Notes: generated by a model from the sequence alone, not told the origin. Shown: positions 13,243 through 26,228, counted from the first letter of the stretch. The stretch is 64,000 nt of DNA from Octopus bimaculoides (GCF_001194135.2 NC_068992.1:1356247-1420246); one strand, 5' to 3'. Made by a program: numbers and translations.

Positions 13243-13720
13243 TACACCTAGGAATACTTGAAGCAGATGAAACACCACGAAGGAAAAGACGAAAAGAGAG
13301 AACCTACAGCGAGTGATAAAAATGTTGGCTTCAAAGCTGAATATCAGAAACATAATTTCGACATTAACCTGACGTGCATTCGCAATATTTCGACATGGCC
13401 CAGGAATCCTGAATTGGACAGAAGAGGAGCTAAAGCTAAAGGAGGTGGGCAGGAAGTCAAGAAAGCTCGTAACGATGCATAGTGTCCATCAGCCTCATGC
13501 AGACACTGATCGCATATATATGAAGAGAACAAATGGAGGAAAGGGACTGATAAGTATGGAAGACTGCGTGCCTATCGAACGCGAGAGCTTAATGAGATAC
13601 CTAGCCCAAGGAAACCTTGCTTGTGACAGTTTGGAACGATGGAGTATTGAGAGCAGAAAAAAGAGGAAAACAAAGGAAGAAATAGAAAAAGGACACGAAG
13701 AAGAATTACGAAAGAAGTAA
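13243..13720 (+). mobile_element. R4/Dong-type non-LTR retrotransposon fragment (RT thumb/post-RT)
   Basis: LGILEAD...QRVIKMLASKLN...GILNWTEEEL...GRKSRKLVTMHSVHQPHADTDRIYMKRTNGGKGLISMEDCV. Begins immediately after (AAT)n at 13179-13242. Confidence 0.85.
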
Positions 13721-14405
13721 CTACACAATCAACATTGCCTACATTTTATACTCACCTTCGTACTCTATTTACTAGGTTATGCTATAAACTGAAACCCTGC
13801 CAAATGAATACACATCATATGGCAAGTCGATCAATAAAACTTGGCTTCCTTAATGAAGTGTATGAAAAGTTTCTCTGTCCTTTTTTACAATATTGGTACT
13901 TCACAGGAAAATGTACTTTTCCAATTTACCTCATGCATTCCTTCTTGTGTCTTTTTCTTTTTTTTTTAGTTGACTTATTTCATAGATTTCCTCAGTACTC
14001 ATACTAGTTGCAAAACACACTTATTTCTAATTTGTTGATGGTAGTAGTGCGTTAAACGTAGTATATTTTTGTCCTTTCGGTTAATGTATTTAGCAGTGAA
14101 GTTTGATAATGACAGTTGTTAGGTGGAATACTTCCTTATGTTATTGACCGGGTAGTACGAATACCGCCATTATTTTGAGAATATCTAACTACCACCTCTG
14201 AGAGTACTTTCAACTCTGAACGGCAAATTTAAGATAAATTCATGGCTAAAAATCTGATCTACCGAATCGTTTCAACCCTTCAGCAACACAGTGTACGTTT
14301 ATATAAGAAAATTCTTTTCCAGATTCAGTGAAATATATACTTGTGAACTATTCTTAGAATAAAACCCTTTTACACGTATTTGCTTATATGCAAGCACTCA
14401 AGGTC

Positions 14406-14407
<2 letters not shown>

Positions 14408-14457
<50 letters not shown>
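14408..14457. repeat. (TAA)n microsatellite
   Basis: Directly visible. Confidence 0.97.
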
Positions 14458-14704
14458 TGATAGTTTTAGTAACGTTTTACTTTGCCACAACACTTACAAA
14501 GTATGGAACTGTTAAGAACAAATACAAAAATGACAAATATATTCGCAGAATTAATTCGGAGATGTAAACACACAGAGAAACAACTGAATACAAATGAAAC
14601 AATGCAGTAGGAAGTTCGAGTAAGTGCCCAGACATCTACATCTATGCGTTGAATAACAATGACCTAGGTTTATCCACATTTTCAAACGCAATTGCTCTCT
14701 AATA

Positions 14705-14798
14705 CTGTCTTCGTGTCTCTGTCTGTCTGTCTGTCTGTCTCTGTCTGTCTGTCTGTCTGTCTGCCTGTCTGTCTGTCTCTGTCTGTCTGTCTGTCTGC

Positions 14799-14844
<46 letters not shown>
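14705..14844. repeat. (GTCT)n/(CT)n compound microsatellite
   Basis: Directly visible. Confidence 0.97.
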
Positions 14845-14845
<1 letters not shown>

Positions 14846-16838
14846 AGCAATTCTACTAATAAAGTCATTTCACACAAACTATTCGTGTCACTCGCAGACA
14901 CATTCTAGCATAAACCCTAGGTACAATATCTTGTCAGGTCTACATTCAACTACATCTCGAAGTCGCACTTAAAATAGCTCACCACTGGCGTGGACAGGCG
15001 AGAAATATATATATATAATCAATCTTGTTCAAAGTATACTTTGTTCTAACTCAAATACTTGACAGACAAAAACTGTTTGCTATTTATGTTAAAGTAATGA
15101 GGTTGGTATTTCTGCGTGATGATGTCAGAAAATGAAGAATTATGCACTTCACGTGATAACAGATGTCTGATATAATTGCGCGTCAGTAATAATTGGTTAC
15201 TCATCGAATATATGCGTCGCTGATTCAAACCAGCCCCATACCACCTTATAAGGAATTGCAGTTAAATGACATATATTTCTGTCATCACATAGAGCTGCTA
15301 GAGAACAATTTAGTAATGCCGGTGTTCCCATCTCGTATTTGCCAGTATGGTAATGAAAAATCCTGAGTTCCAAAATCTAACCCTGTGGACATATTTTCCT
15401 GCGCCTGAGGGCTAGGGCCTTATATCCACGTCTCAAAGATGTCCATGTAATGTAAAAAAACTAAATTATAACTAAACAATCTTGAAGGCCATAATTAAAA
15501 TTTCTGTGCAAAGCTATTAAAATGAAAATGCAGCCAACGTTAATTAATTATCATGTAACCTATAATGTAAGAAGTATTAAATATATATGATATATGTATG
15601 TGTGTATTTATGTACACAACCTATGTATGAATCTTACAATCTATTCGCTAGTAAATGCTAGAATCCATTACACATCGTTCTGTATACAAGGATAGAATCA
15701 AGCAAGAGGAAAAACTGCGCAGTAAATTTTATACATGAGCGGATTCATACTGTCACACAAAATACAGTAAATAGTCCAGAAACTGTTAATCGGGAGATGA
15801 ATAACTACAATCATATTACGATTACGTCAGTTGGGCTGAACCAATCTTGCTTCTGGTCATCCGTAATGCTAGGGTTGCTGATGATCAGCTTTCATATGAA
15901 GTTGGGAAACTGACAGCGCATTATTTACAATGGACCTTTACGTCATTAACAGTAAGAAAGATGTCTTTCCAGACAAAGAGTGCAAACTGAGTAATTTGAA
16001 CAAACCTCACAATTCTGGAAAGCAGTTTTTTTCTAGATCAATAAGATTGATCTCATTTGAGAGTATTTACATTTCATTACAATTGCTGGAGTCGAAACCA
16101 GGACTAGGAAGGATGTGCAAGACCGCCATGACGGTACGAACACCACGCTTCTCTTAAGAGCATAGAATATCTTATGAAATGATTGCATAGGTAAAGAAGT
16201 ATTATTTAAGTGTATTCTAATATTTTCCAAAATTGTTGGTCAACACCACCATCATTCTTTTAAAAAACAGACCATATGAGATGTCATTGTCTGGAGTATT
16301 CCATAGGTGTATATGAAGACTACGCAAATATATTGATGTTGTAGTCAGATTCACACAATAAGATATTGAAGAACTACAAGAGCAATTTGGGCCAGAGATT
16401 CCTGCAAAAACGTTGTAAAGCCCATCCCAGTTTTAAGCGCTTGAAGAAGACATATTAAACATATTTACACTTATATACAAATATATCATCTATATATGTA
16501 TAATATCTACATCTGTGTATGTAAATATTTATAAATGCATAAATATATATATGAGAATTTTTGTGTGTGGTTTTGTGTGTAAAGCTATGCATGCATATAT
16601 ACCTGGACTCTATTGATATGATAAGAAAAGGAAACGAATTTCAAAATATATAGCTTAATTCTTATAATCCAGTTGTTCACTGACATTCCTTTACAAATTA
16701 TTAGAAAATATTTGGTAAAGGCTATAAATGTCAATGAGCCATAAAGAAACGGAAACTTAAGTATACACAAATGAACGAAAACTTATATTTACTTAAATAT
16801 TTCCATCCTCTTGTCTCTCTCCACCGTACTTTCTTGTA

Positions 16839-16839
16839 T

Positions 16840-16870
<31 letters not shown>

Positions 16871-16920
16871 CACACACACACACATACACAAACGCACACA
16901 CACACACACACACACATATA
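16839..16920. repeat. (CA)n microsatellite
   Basis: Directly visible. Confidence 0.97.
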
Positions 16921-18699
16921 TATGTGGCAAGATATGTATGCATACATATATTTATGAGTGGGTATATATTTATGTGTGATGCTTGTGTAGAAGCATATAT
17001 TTAAGTATATGCGCGCGTTAGTATTTTGTTTCTCTTCTCCTCTCTCTGTCTCAGTCTCTGCTTCTATGTTTGTCTGTCTGTCTCTCTCTCCCTTCCTCTC
17101 TGCAAACTATCTGATTGTACATATGTTTCAGTGTTTTCGCCGTTATAGAAATTTTTAGCCATTCAAAATTAAATAAATGACTAAATGGGGAAATACCGTT
17201 TGACAACAGTAAAATTAGCTTGATTGCACAACAATAATACCGAAACCAATTATAATTTGGTAGTTCGATTTGAAGATCTAAAGATGTTCGGTATTGAAAT
17301 TAATAACGTTTATTTCCTTTATATGTCGCCAATCGAAGAAAAGCAAAATATTTAAAACCCAATATGGAAAATACTAAATACATTATGCTGCATAACGATT
17401 ATTCACCCACACTAATTAGATCTTTAATTTACGACATTAAAACAAATATTTGATTCTCAATGCTAATCCAAAAATTACGAGCGATAATATTTTGTTTTAT
17501 TTTCTGCAAGTAGTTCGCTTGTAAAATGCCCTTAATTGCTAACTGTTCGATATTCTGATCCTTTTCGTAATAGCTCATTCTAATTTCTTTTGTTTAATAT
17601 TTAGCCTTAAATTTCATTTTTATGTTCTTGTGAGGTTCATTGCAAATAATATGCATTTTGCCAATATATGAGATGCAGCTAATTTTAGGCCGATCACACA
17701 TCAAAGAATTATAGAACAATATTTTTTTAACTAAAACTCGAAGGAACTTATAATTACGCAATTAATAATTGAACATATTTTCTATATTAATGAAGCTGGT
17801 TTACGTTGCAAATTTGTTCAATGGCTCTCAATCTACATTCACGTTTCTTCGATCGGAGAGAAATATCTAGATTTCTTCTAATAAACACCGACTGTTTTGT
17901 TTCTTTTTTATATTTCTTACAGATAAATTTTGTAGCAAGTATTTTCTGTTCGTTTCTGCCTTGAGGCTGATCAGTTTACAAATATAAAACATTTGCTCAT
18001 CTCAATAGACAGATGTAACCTGTCCACTAAGCAATTAGCTGTACACTGGAAAATAGATGATACCATAAGAGTCCATTGGTATCATGCATAATATAATATA
18101 ATATAATATAATATTTCAATTATGTTGTTAGTGATATTCAGCCCCAGGCCAGTCCATGTGTAATCAGTTTGTGCTGAACCATACTCAAGCCTTCACTAAT
18201 CTTTCTTTATACATTCAGGTGCTGTTTATGCAGGTGATATTTAAACCTTTCATTCATCTTTTAAACGAATATTGCACTATCACGATGAAGGCTGTCTGCT
18301 AATTCTAATCGATCAAGCAATGGTGCTGAAGCCTGGTTGGTTTTCGACTACGTTGGTTGGTTTTCGACTACGATGAAACTACAGGTGTTTAGATGGCAGG
18401 AATGAGTGAGGTAAATTTCTGATATATCACAGAAATTTACTACACCACAAGATATTGACAAGAGATAATACAATGGAATCAACATGAATTATACAATTTG
18501 AAATTATATCCCTTTCATTTATATAGCAGGAATAATCTGGGATGGCGAAATTCTTAAGATACTGCTCCCCTTTTATTTACTTTCGTTTTCCTTATTTCCT
18601 TGAACTATAAACGACAGGTTTATTTCATATCGTCTACTTTTGTTTGTGCGTATAGCTATAGATATGGAGTAAAACATCGATAAGTCTTCATTTTCAGAC

Positions 18700-18962
18700 G
18701 TTTCAGTAACGCAAGCGATGAAAAAAGATTTCTAACTGGAGCTGCTTTCAGATATGATCCATCCCATTCTTATAAAAATTATTATTCTGTCCAAATTGGA
18801 GTACTAAAGTCAAATTGTCGTTTCTGCAAAGCTTTAAAATTTACTCCATAAATGTTTTGTCGTCAATGCTGCACTTTCCCGTATTACCTCTTTCAACCTA
18901 ACTGTATTGCATAATATGTAAACCATGTCATAATCCCGAGCAGCGCCGAGTATCTCTGCTTC
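18700..18962 (+). mobile_element. Short Helitron remnant (N-terminal Cys motif plus 3' terminus)
   Basis: From 18741, AAFRYDPSHSYKNYYSVQIGVLKSNCRFCKALK resembles the Helitron N-terminal AAFxYDP...IGxM..C..CxAxK motif. It is followed by cccgagcagcgccgagtatctctgct, like a Helitron terminal hairpin plus ctgct(ag). Confidence 0.55.
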
Positions 18963-19984
18963 TATTTATATATATATCAACACGTGCGTGGACAAACGGA
19001 TATACATATACCTAAACACGTGAGCACATAGACGCATATGTGTATATGTATACATGTTTGTCTGTAATGATATTTATATTTCTGTATGTATACTTAGACA
19101 ATACAGATACAGAGCTTTACATATTAGTTAAAGCAGCCAACCTGGGTGAAATACACTGAACATTAATCATTTTATATTAGGAATTATATTAGAAACCTAC
19201 GAGATATGGTCGCGGTAGTGCATTTATATACAGAATGATATCCTATCACATGGCCTCAAGTCCATTGCAGCGTTCATATTTTAGAAGTATTATTAAATTA
19301 ACCAAAGAGTGCACACTAAACCTAAATTTGGTTTTCCCTTTAGGTAAATAAGACGTACTTGATCGAAGAATACAGAATAACTGCATAGAATAACATGGAA
19401 TTCCAACAATAGTTAATCAATTATTAAATAAAAGGCTTAATCCAAAGTTTATACATTTGGAAATATGTCAACCCTGAGTATAGTGAAATTTGAGGAAAAA
19501 CAAATGAAATATAAGTTCATATATACAAACAAATACGTATATAGATAATATGATACTCACACACACACGCGTGCACACACATGCACACACATCCGAGAAC
19601 GAACATGTATGTATACAAGTGTATATATGCGCGTGTGATTGTTTCAAAATATAGCCCATTTGTCGATAGGCGTTCATTCGCTTCACAGCATATTGGCTCC
19701 ATGTTCGCTTAGAATTCTCGTCACCCTGTTAATAGCATGTCTTCACTGTGGTGGCCACACAGTGGAACCTATACAAGTAACGAAGGTGTACAGGTGTCCA
19801 TTCATTACGGTAGAGTTATCCTTTATTTTTGAAGTGTATGACACCGATTTCTTTCAAATACTGTACCTAATTTACCCACATACATACACACGCACACCCG
19901 TACACACACACGTACGCACACACACACTCATGCACACAAACACACCCACACACTCATATATATGAAACAATGCAATGTAAATAG

Positions 19985-20165
19985 ACAACGACAGATAAAA
20001 CACGTATACGTATATGACACACAAGCTCCCTAATTCTTCATCAGTTTTCAACCACATTGGTAATAATCAGTTTCGCACCTTTAATGATAAGCCTGAAGGT
20101 TTTCCCATCTTGGCAGTGCCTGTAAAGACATCAAGAATGGGCCTCAAGCAAACAAAACGGCATAG
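19985..20165. repeat. Repeat unit, copy 1 (possible Penelope-like terminal repeat)
   Basis: 19985-20085 is repeated directly at 20650-20750. 20059-20165 is repeated inverted at 20750-20861. Confidence 0.8.
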
Positions 20166-20649
20166 AGTGGACATACGAAAGTTTAAAAAAATGTAATTAA
20201 AGACACTGGACAAAGACGAAACGAGCAAAATACAGCCTTGCAGCCAAAAGGCAAGGAAATATCGTGAAGAATATAGACAGCAGTAAATAGCTAGACGGAG
20301 AAACATTTTTGTGACCGCACAGTTGAACCGCCAGTGAGAAAGAGAGTATGAAGAAAAACTGGCACGGGTCAAGTGTCATAAGCGGGCAGAGGAGAAAATG
20401 ACAGAGAGCGACAGAGAGGAAATAGAGATAAAATAAGGTAAGAAAGGAAGGGGTTAAGAAGAAAGGTTACAAATACAAGTGAGAGGGCGAAATAGAGAAA
20501 AAGAGGAAAGTGGACTGGCTAGAAAGAACAGGGTGAGAGAAAAAATGTGAAAGAGTAGAGTCACACAGAATATATGTAAACTTACTGTTAATAAATGTTT
20601 GGTGGGTTTGGCGTACCGTTACTAATAAATGAGAAAAATGCATTGTAAA

Positions 20650-20858
20650 TAAATAACGACAGATAAAAAGCGTATACGTATATGACACAAAGGGTCCCTT
20701 ATTCTTCATCAGTTACCAATCAGAATGGTAATACTCAGTTTCGCGCCTTAAAGTGTCGTTTTGTTTGCTTGAAGCCCGATTCTCTGCGTCTTCTGCAGGA
20801 ACCGTTAAGATGGGAAGCCCCTCTATCTTCAGCAGTAAAGGTGCAAAACTGTGTATTA

Positions 20859-20861
<3 letters not shown>
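20650..20861. repeat. Repeat unit copy 2 with fold-back (24-bp imperfect inverted ends at 20726 and 20861)
   Basis: tggtaatactcagtttcgcgcctt versus reverse complement of the right end tggtaatacacagttttgcacctt (21/24 identical). Followed by (TA)n. Confidence 0.8.
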
Positions 20862-20893
<32 letters not shown>

Positions 20894-20903
20894 NNNNNNN
20901 NNN
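20894..20903. other. Assembly gap within (TA)n
   Basis: Run of N. Confidence 1.
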
Positions 20904-20938
<35 letters not shown>

Positions 20939-21088
20939 AATTTCGAAAGCTGAAAATTGATTACTAAACACCGCATCGGTTGATAGGATTTGTTTATTTG
21001 TGTATTAAGGCTACAAACAAGAATACACGGCAAAATCAATTTCATAGGCTCATGAAGTTGAATAAATGTAATCATAATAGAAATTCGT

Positions 21089-21280
21089 GGCTCTCCGTCG
21101 GTTACGTCGACGATGTTTCCAGTTGATTCAATGAACGGAACAGCGTGTTCATGAAATTAACTTGGAAGTGGCTGAGCACTCCACAGACACGTGTACCCTT
21201 AATGCAGTTCTCGGGGAGAATCAGCGTGACACAGAGTGTGACAAGGCTGGCTCCTTTGAAATGCAAGTACAACAGAAACA
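21089..21280 (-). mobile_element. Family C 3' tail (SINE or partner-LINE 3' end)
   Basis: Aligns by eye with 30155-30335 (ccgtcggttacg...ccagttgat...acggaacagc...acgtgtaccc...acaagg..ggc..ctttgaaa). Confidence 0.75.
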
Positions 21281-22139
21281 TTTAAAATGCATACAATTCT
21301 GGATTTAACACGGATTGGGAAAACCACAACGATATTTTGTATATGAACTGTATTCATGAACTGCATGAGATAAAAAATGCGTCAGGCCATATATAAACTG
21401 AGGACATTTTATCAAGAATATTAAAATCATGCTAGCTATAGTAAGAAATAAAGTTGAGAATTAGACAAAATGCAATCTCAGAAATATTCAAATATCAATG
21501 AAATGAGTAAAATATACTGAAATGAAACCATAGCTTCAGAAGGAATTTTATATTGTCATTAACAATAAAATGTAAGGCAGAACAGAATGCCAAAATATAT
21601 TATCAGCATGACTATTGTAATCGTTCATTTATTAAACATATGTTATAACTTCAGGCTAAATGAACTACCAATGTTAGAGGACAAGATTAAAAGATAATGA
21701 TATATAATGTCTATATAGACGAGAAAACTATTATACATTGACCATTGAATACACAACTGAATGGAAAATAATGTAAGATCAACAATACACATAGAATAAG
21801 TTATCTCTATATTGACGGCAGCCTACAAAAATCAAGACATATCAAATTGCTTTTAGTTACAGAAAATAGGAAAATAACAAAATAATTGCATATAACTTAA
21901 AAATATGAACATCGAATATGAATGTCATCGTAAATTGATGTGAGGTGAAGAGAAGTATAAGTGCGAATGCTTGAAACTGTTGAGCATTTTGGAGATGGAC
22001 AACAAAATTTTGCAAACCTGAGAATGGGTGATTGTCCATTGCAACATTGAGTAAAAACCTACTTTCTTTGGTGTCGAAAAACAAAAAAACCCACTGCAGT
22101 TGGTTTATTTCTGATGGAGCTAACTCAGCGGAAATTGCC

Positions 22140-23329
22140 TCGTTCAATAACGCCATTTACAATAAGGTATTACTTCACATGGACACCCGAGTGCAAGCTC
22201 TACTTCAACTGGAGCAGGTAGCAAACAATCTCGCAATTGAGTACCTGCGAGAAATAAGCTATAGCATCGATGAAATGAGGGCGTATATAGCTGATAAAGA
22301 AGACAAACTGGTGGAGGACCAACTGGGTGTTTATAACACCATTATTTCGAGCATTGAAGATGAATGAGGAGGTGTTTTTTTATGGGGGGGGTGCTCCAGG
22401 TGGAACTGGCAAAACATTTGTCATCAACCTTCTTCTGGCTAAACTGCGCCAAATGAAACACATTGCTATATTAGTGGCGTCCAGTAAAAGCACCTGCAAT
22501 TCCCGCTGAAACACTGCCTCACAGTGAGCATTAACAAGGCTCAGGGACAGCCCTTCAACGTGGTAGGTCTGAAACTTGCGGAACCAGTTTTTTTTCCCAT
22601 GGCCACATTTATGTGGGATGCTCAAGAGTCGGCAATCCTAATCATTTCTTTATTTATGCCCCACAAGGAGAGAACAAAAATGTTGTTTATTGAGAAGCTC
22701 TGCATACTTAATAAAATTCATCAAATCATCAGGTATTCATTTTTTAGCTGTAATATTTATAAGTATTGTAAATACATTGATAATCTACATGTTATTTTAT
22801 TTTAAAATCTATATACAAATTTATTTGTATGTCCACTGTAAAACTAAATGTCAGTCTGCTTCTACAGTCATTGCAAATCTATTCCAGCAACAGTGCCTCT
22901 GGGAACGCACAAAAGCCCTTTTCAGAGTTATTTACTTTGACTTGTTATTATCTCATATCTGATTAGCCTGTTATTACGTAACATGCTTCACAATTTTAGT
23001 ATACATATTATTGGTATTTCCTCAGAAGTTCTATATACTCTGGGAACGCATTAAAGCCCTTTTCGGATCAGCTTTATTTGAATTCTTACTATCGGTTAAC
23101 TAATTTCATGCTATTACGTAACTGGCTTCACAGTTTGGGCATTCATAACATATTGGGAATTCCTAAAAGCAAGATCCTGTGTAAGACTTCGGCATTCTCT
23201 GTAAATCCACAAAAACCGTTTTAAGGACTACATACTTTGTATTGTTGTTATAAGATTAGCGGAACAATTATGAGGACGATACCAAGAGTTAAGCCCTGCT
23301 TTTCCGGGAATTACGGCGTACGTCTGCTA

Positions 23330-23330
<1 letters not shown>
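22140..23330 (+). mobile_element. Internally deleted Helitron (Pif1-type helicase pseudogene plus 3' end); 5' boundary uncertain
   Basis: EYLREISYS..DQLGVYNTII..APGGTGKTFVINLLLAKLR..AILVASS (Walker A at 22399-22416). Then KHLQFPL..SINKAQGQ..(S)HGHIYVGCSRVG..KNVVY*EAL. Terminal ...ctgCTAG at 23327-23330, followed by T. Confidence 0.9.

Positions 23331-23410
<80 letters not shown>
23331..23410. repeat. (TA)n(TG)n microsatellite
   Basis: Directly visible, abutting the Helitron terminus. Confidence 0.97.
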
Positions 23411-23411
<1 letters not shown>

Positions 23412-24480
23412 TACAACAATATTATTTCATTACTACTCAAAGAATTAATATAATTTGTTTATCTTTGTTTTATTTACTGCCTTCCCTCTTTCATACGAAT
23501 ACAGGGACATTTACTTGATAGTTACTGTGAGTAATCCTTATTTAAGTAACTTCAAATCTGGTTCCTTCTGAAAAACTGGTAATAATTTGATATCCATTAT
23601 TATAGCCAAACTCTATATCTATGGGGTTAATATAGGTTGTAGTTATTCTGGCTCTAAGTTAATCTTCATATTTATTACGGAATTATCCCTGCGATAAATT
23701 AAGTAAATAAAGAACATTTTTGTTAGTTTTCTCTTCATATTAATTAAGTAATTCTCCCCCCAATAAACTAACTAAATAAAGAACACTTTTTGTTAGTTAC
23801 TTTGAACAATTTGTTTTATATCAATAACTTTTGATAAAAGAGAAGAGTTGTTATATATTACCAATATAATATTATATTATCATTTATATTTATTTACACG
23901 TTTTATTAGTCTCTAGATTAAGTAACACCCTGATACTCAATTTATATCCCTATATATTGTTGTATGTAATTATAATAGCCAAAGATTGTCTTCGACCTAA
24001 ACGCGTTTGGATTAATATTATTTGAGTTATATAGAAATATATTCTGATAGTTGTCGATTCTATTTACTTAATTATTTTGTACATTACAATTTTGCTTTTT
24101 TATTGTAATTGTTATGTCGTTGAGCTCATAATACATAGGCATTATTTTTATGTTATATTTTATTATATTTTTATGTTATATTATATTTTATTATATTCAT
24201 AGTATATTATGTTATAATATAAATAAATTATTGGATTGTCAATTGTATCTCTCTGTTTAATTTATTGTTTGTAATTTTCAATATAGCCATACTTATGTGG
24301 AGTCCAACTGACGTGCCAGTGAATTGGATGCTTTACACAACCCTTTGAAGGAATTGTTTTCCTTGGGAGGTTATATATATATATATATATATATTCACAT
24401 ACAAGAGGTGATGCAAAAAATTCCATAGATATATTGACACCTTCATATGATATATTTGAAAAGTATTTACAGAAAGTACT

Positions 24481-24840
24481 AGTGACTATGTGGTAAGTAG
24501 CTTGCTTACCAACCACATAGTTCCGGGTTCAGTCCCACTGTGTGTCTTCTACTGTAGCCTCTGGCTGACCAAAGCCTTGTGAGTGGTTTTGGTGGACTGA
24601 AACTGAAAGAAGCCCATCGTGCATACATGTGTGTGTGTATTTCTGTGTTTGTTCTCCCCACCATGACTTGACAACTGATGTTGGTGTTTTTACGTCCCTC
24701 GTAAACTAGCGGTTCGGCAAAAGAGACCGATAGAATAAGTACTAGGCTTACAAAGCATAAGTCTTGGAGTCAATTCATACGACTAAAGTCGGTGCTCTAG
24801 CCTGACCGCAGTGAAATGACTGAAACAAATAAAAGAATAT
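24481..24840 (+). mobile_element. tRNA-derived SINE family A, near full length
   Basis: Head with A-box-like gtgactatgtggt and B-box-like gggttcagtccc. Body and tail (...gactgaaacaaataaaagaata) are shared with other copies in this window. Confidence 0.85.
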
Positions 24841-26223
24841 AAATATAAATGGATTAATACGAATTAAAGAGAAAAAGGTCAACCTGTCTATACATGAACC
24901 ACTAAACACCATCCATTTGACTTTAAGCCATTTTATATACGTGGTTATAATTAGATTCTTCTTCTAAAACCTGCAACTCTGGAAATTTTCCGAAAGGGGT
25001 ATAAAATGTGTTGCTCGTAGCCCCGTGTCTGATCTAATGGTAAGGATTTCAAACCATCAATATAACATCTGCTTTCCTAAAGGTTTCTTTTCTCAGATGG
25101 TATAACGCCGAGTAAAATTGGAAAGTAAAGAGCCGCACAATTATGGCATTGTAGAGCCATTGACAGTCTCACGAAAAGAGTTAATTTTTAGATAAGACGT
25201 CCCTTTTCGACTTCTTCCGTCCCTCATGTTTTTGACCTAACAGAAACCCTGAAGTTATTTAGAAATTACGAACTAATCGAAATACTTCGGGCTTCAGAGA
25301 AAGTATTTAAAGAAACGTTTGTTCTTAATGCACAGCAGTAGAGACACTGTCAATCTATCATCCACATCATTCAAAATAATCAAAGGATTCACTGTTGTCT
25401 TAGGAAACCGAAGTATGATAATGACTAGAATGCTATAGCTCCTAAGACTGACGGTTTAGCTCTGAACTGAAGCTGGCGGCTGAAAATCTGCACAAAATTA
25501 ATTTTAAATAGATGTTCCAAAATTTGCTTTCTCTCTGGTTGTCACTCGTTATATATTGATCTCTGTCCAAATAACAACCATAATACTGTTATTAAGAATA
25601 ACCTCACCTCTGAATATGAGGTGTGAAACGCAAAGATGGACCAATGGGATTTGAACTTTGAACATGGAGCAACAATATTAGTAACTGTAATACGGCTGGC
25701 CTGTAGTTCCTGTCATTTTAACAGCAAAAACAACAACAATGAAAAATTAAATCTAGCACATTGACCAAATTGTGTTTCGATAATTAATTTTTAGCGCGAA
25801 TCAATTAATATCTTCTTGAACACTAGGAGTGGTAGAGAATGACAAAATTTTAATCAATATAAATACGGTTCAGCATGTACACGATCTATAAACAAATAAA
25901 TGAATAGCAAAAATAAAAGCAATGTCAAATCAATTTAAAATTTAACAGTCTCCATTGATTCTCTTTTGTGCGAATGAATGCTTGGATGTGTGGAAAGTAA
26001 TATTCAGACGAGTATTTTGAAATAATTAATTAAACGACTAATGTATATAAAGCAGAGCATAGGTGTGTCTTTAAAGATATATGCGCATGCAGGATTTTAA
26101 AGTATGTATATGTATGTATGGCTGGTTTGATCTAATTAAATTTTATGGAAAATACTGTTCTTTTCAAAGCTAGGTGCGGCGCAGAAACAACAGAATCGTT
26201 ACAATCACTGGAAAACTGTGTGC

Positions 26224-26228
<5 letters not shown>

